Part shown: in pieces, positions 20,658 through 21,132 of the stretch | Layout of the letters: every line of letters begins with the position of its first letter | How positions within the stretch are numbered: position 1 is the stretch's first letter | Origin: Paraspadella gotoi | Lineage: Eukaryota > Animalia > Chaetognatha | Reading direction: 5' to 3' | DNA: 21,132 bases | NCBI GenBank assembly: GCA_051294375.1 | Contig: JBJCIZ010001437.1 | Coordinates: forward strand, 1-21,132 | Notes under the pieces: generated by a model | Seen by the model: only the letters and a program-made list of their open reading frames with translations | Told to the model about the DNA's origin: nothing | Databases searched by the model: none | Program-made: the position numbers and the translations under genes

Positions 20658-21132
20658 CAGACCCATTAGTAAATATTTTTTTATCTGGGAATAGTATAAA
20701 ATATGCAAATGAATTATGATACTAGAATTACAAAATAATTTTTTCTTTTTATTGATATTTGAAATATATGATTATATTAAACCATCATCATCAATAGGAA
20801 AGATTTTCAAACAGATTTTCCAAAAGAGCAATCTTTTGACAATATGCATGATAAATTTGGTTGCTTATTATGCAATATTTATATGCTTAATTAATTTTTA
20901 ATTATTGAAAAAGATAGAATAATTCAATTTTCGAATAAAATATTTTTGGGTTCAGAATTTTAGATCTAGACTATGAATCAAAATTTTGTATTTTTAAAAA
21001 TATCTGATTCAAGGCATTCGATTTTGGAACAATCTGATGTTTTTCGTTTTTTGATATCTTTTATTTTATCCAAAACTAAAATTCTGAATGACCATTGGTC
21101 AAGTTAAATATTTTTTTCAAAATCTTTAAAAA

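Overview
Eukaryotic, probably invertebrate-animal, genomic DNA. The tRNA-Trp is metazoan-type, introns are GT-AG, and GC/CpG-rich exon islands sit in very AT-rich, microsatellite-laden spacers. No prokaryotic operons or CRISPR arrays are present. Single-base indels break most reading frames, which suggests a noisy long-read consensus, so the ORF track is largely misleading and the gene models below were spliced by hand. Well-supported features: three divergent tRNA-Trp(CCA)-type genes (1310-1731), a divergent 3-exon RhoGAP-domain gene (+, ~1760-4476), and a 5-exon CmcJ/NvfI/AsaB-like Fe(II)/2-oxoglutarate oxygenase (-, 19769-17368). That oxygenase family is best known from bacterial and fungal secondary metabolism, making the gene a horizontal-transfer candidate. 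Also present are several unidentifiable multi-exon genes, a 57-bp coding-type minisatellite, a 158-bp structured insertion with inverted ends and an ATAT target-site duplication, and many simple repeats. Across most of the window, GC-rich islands have C-rich/G-free DNA on their left and G-rich/C-free DNA on their right, whichever strand is coding.
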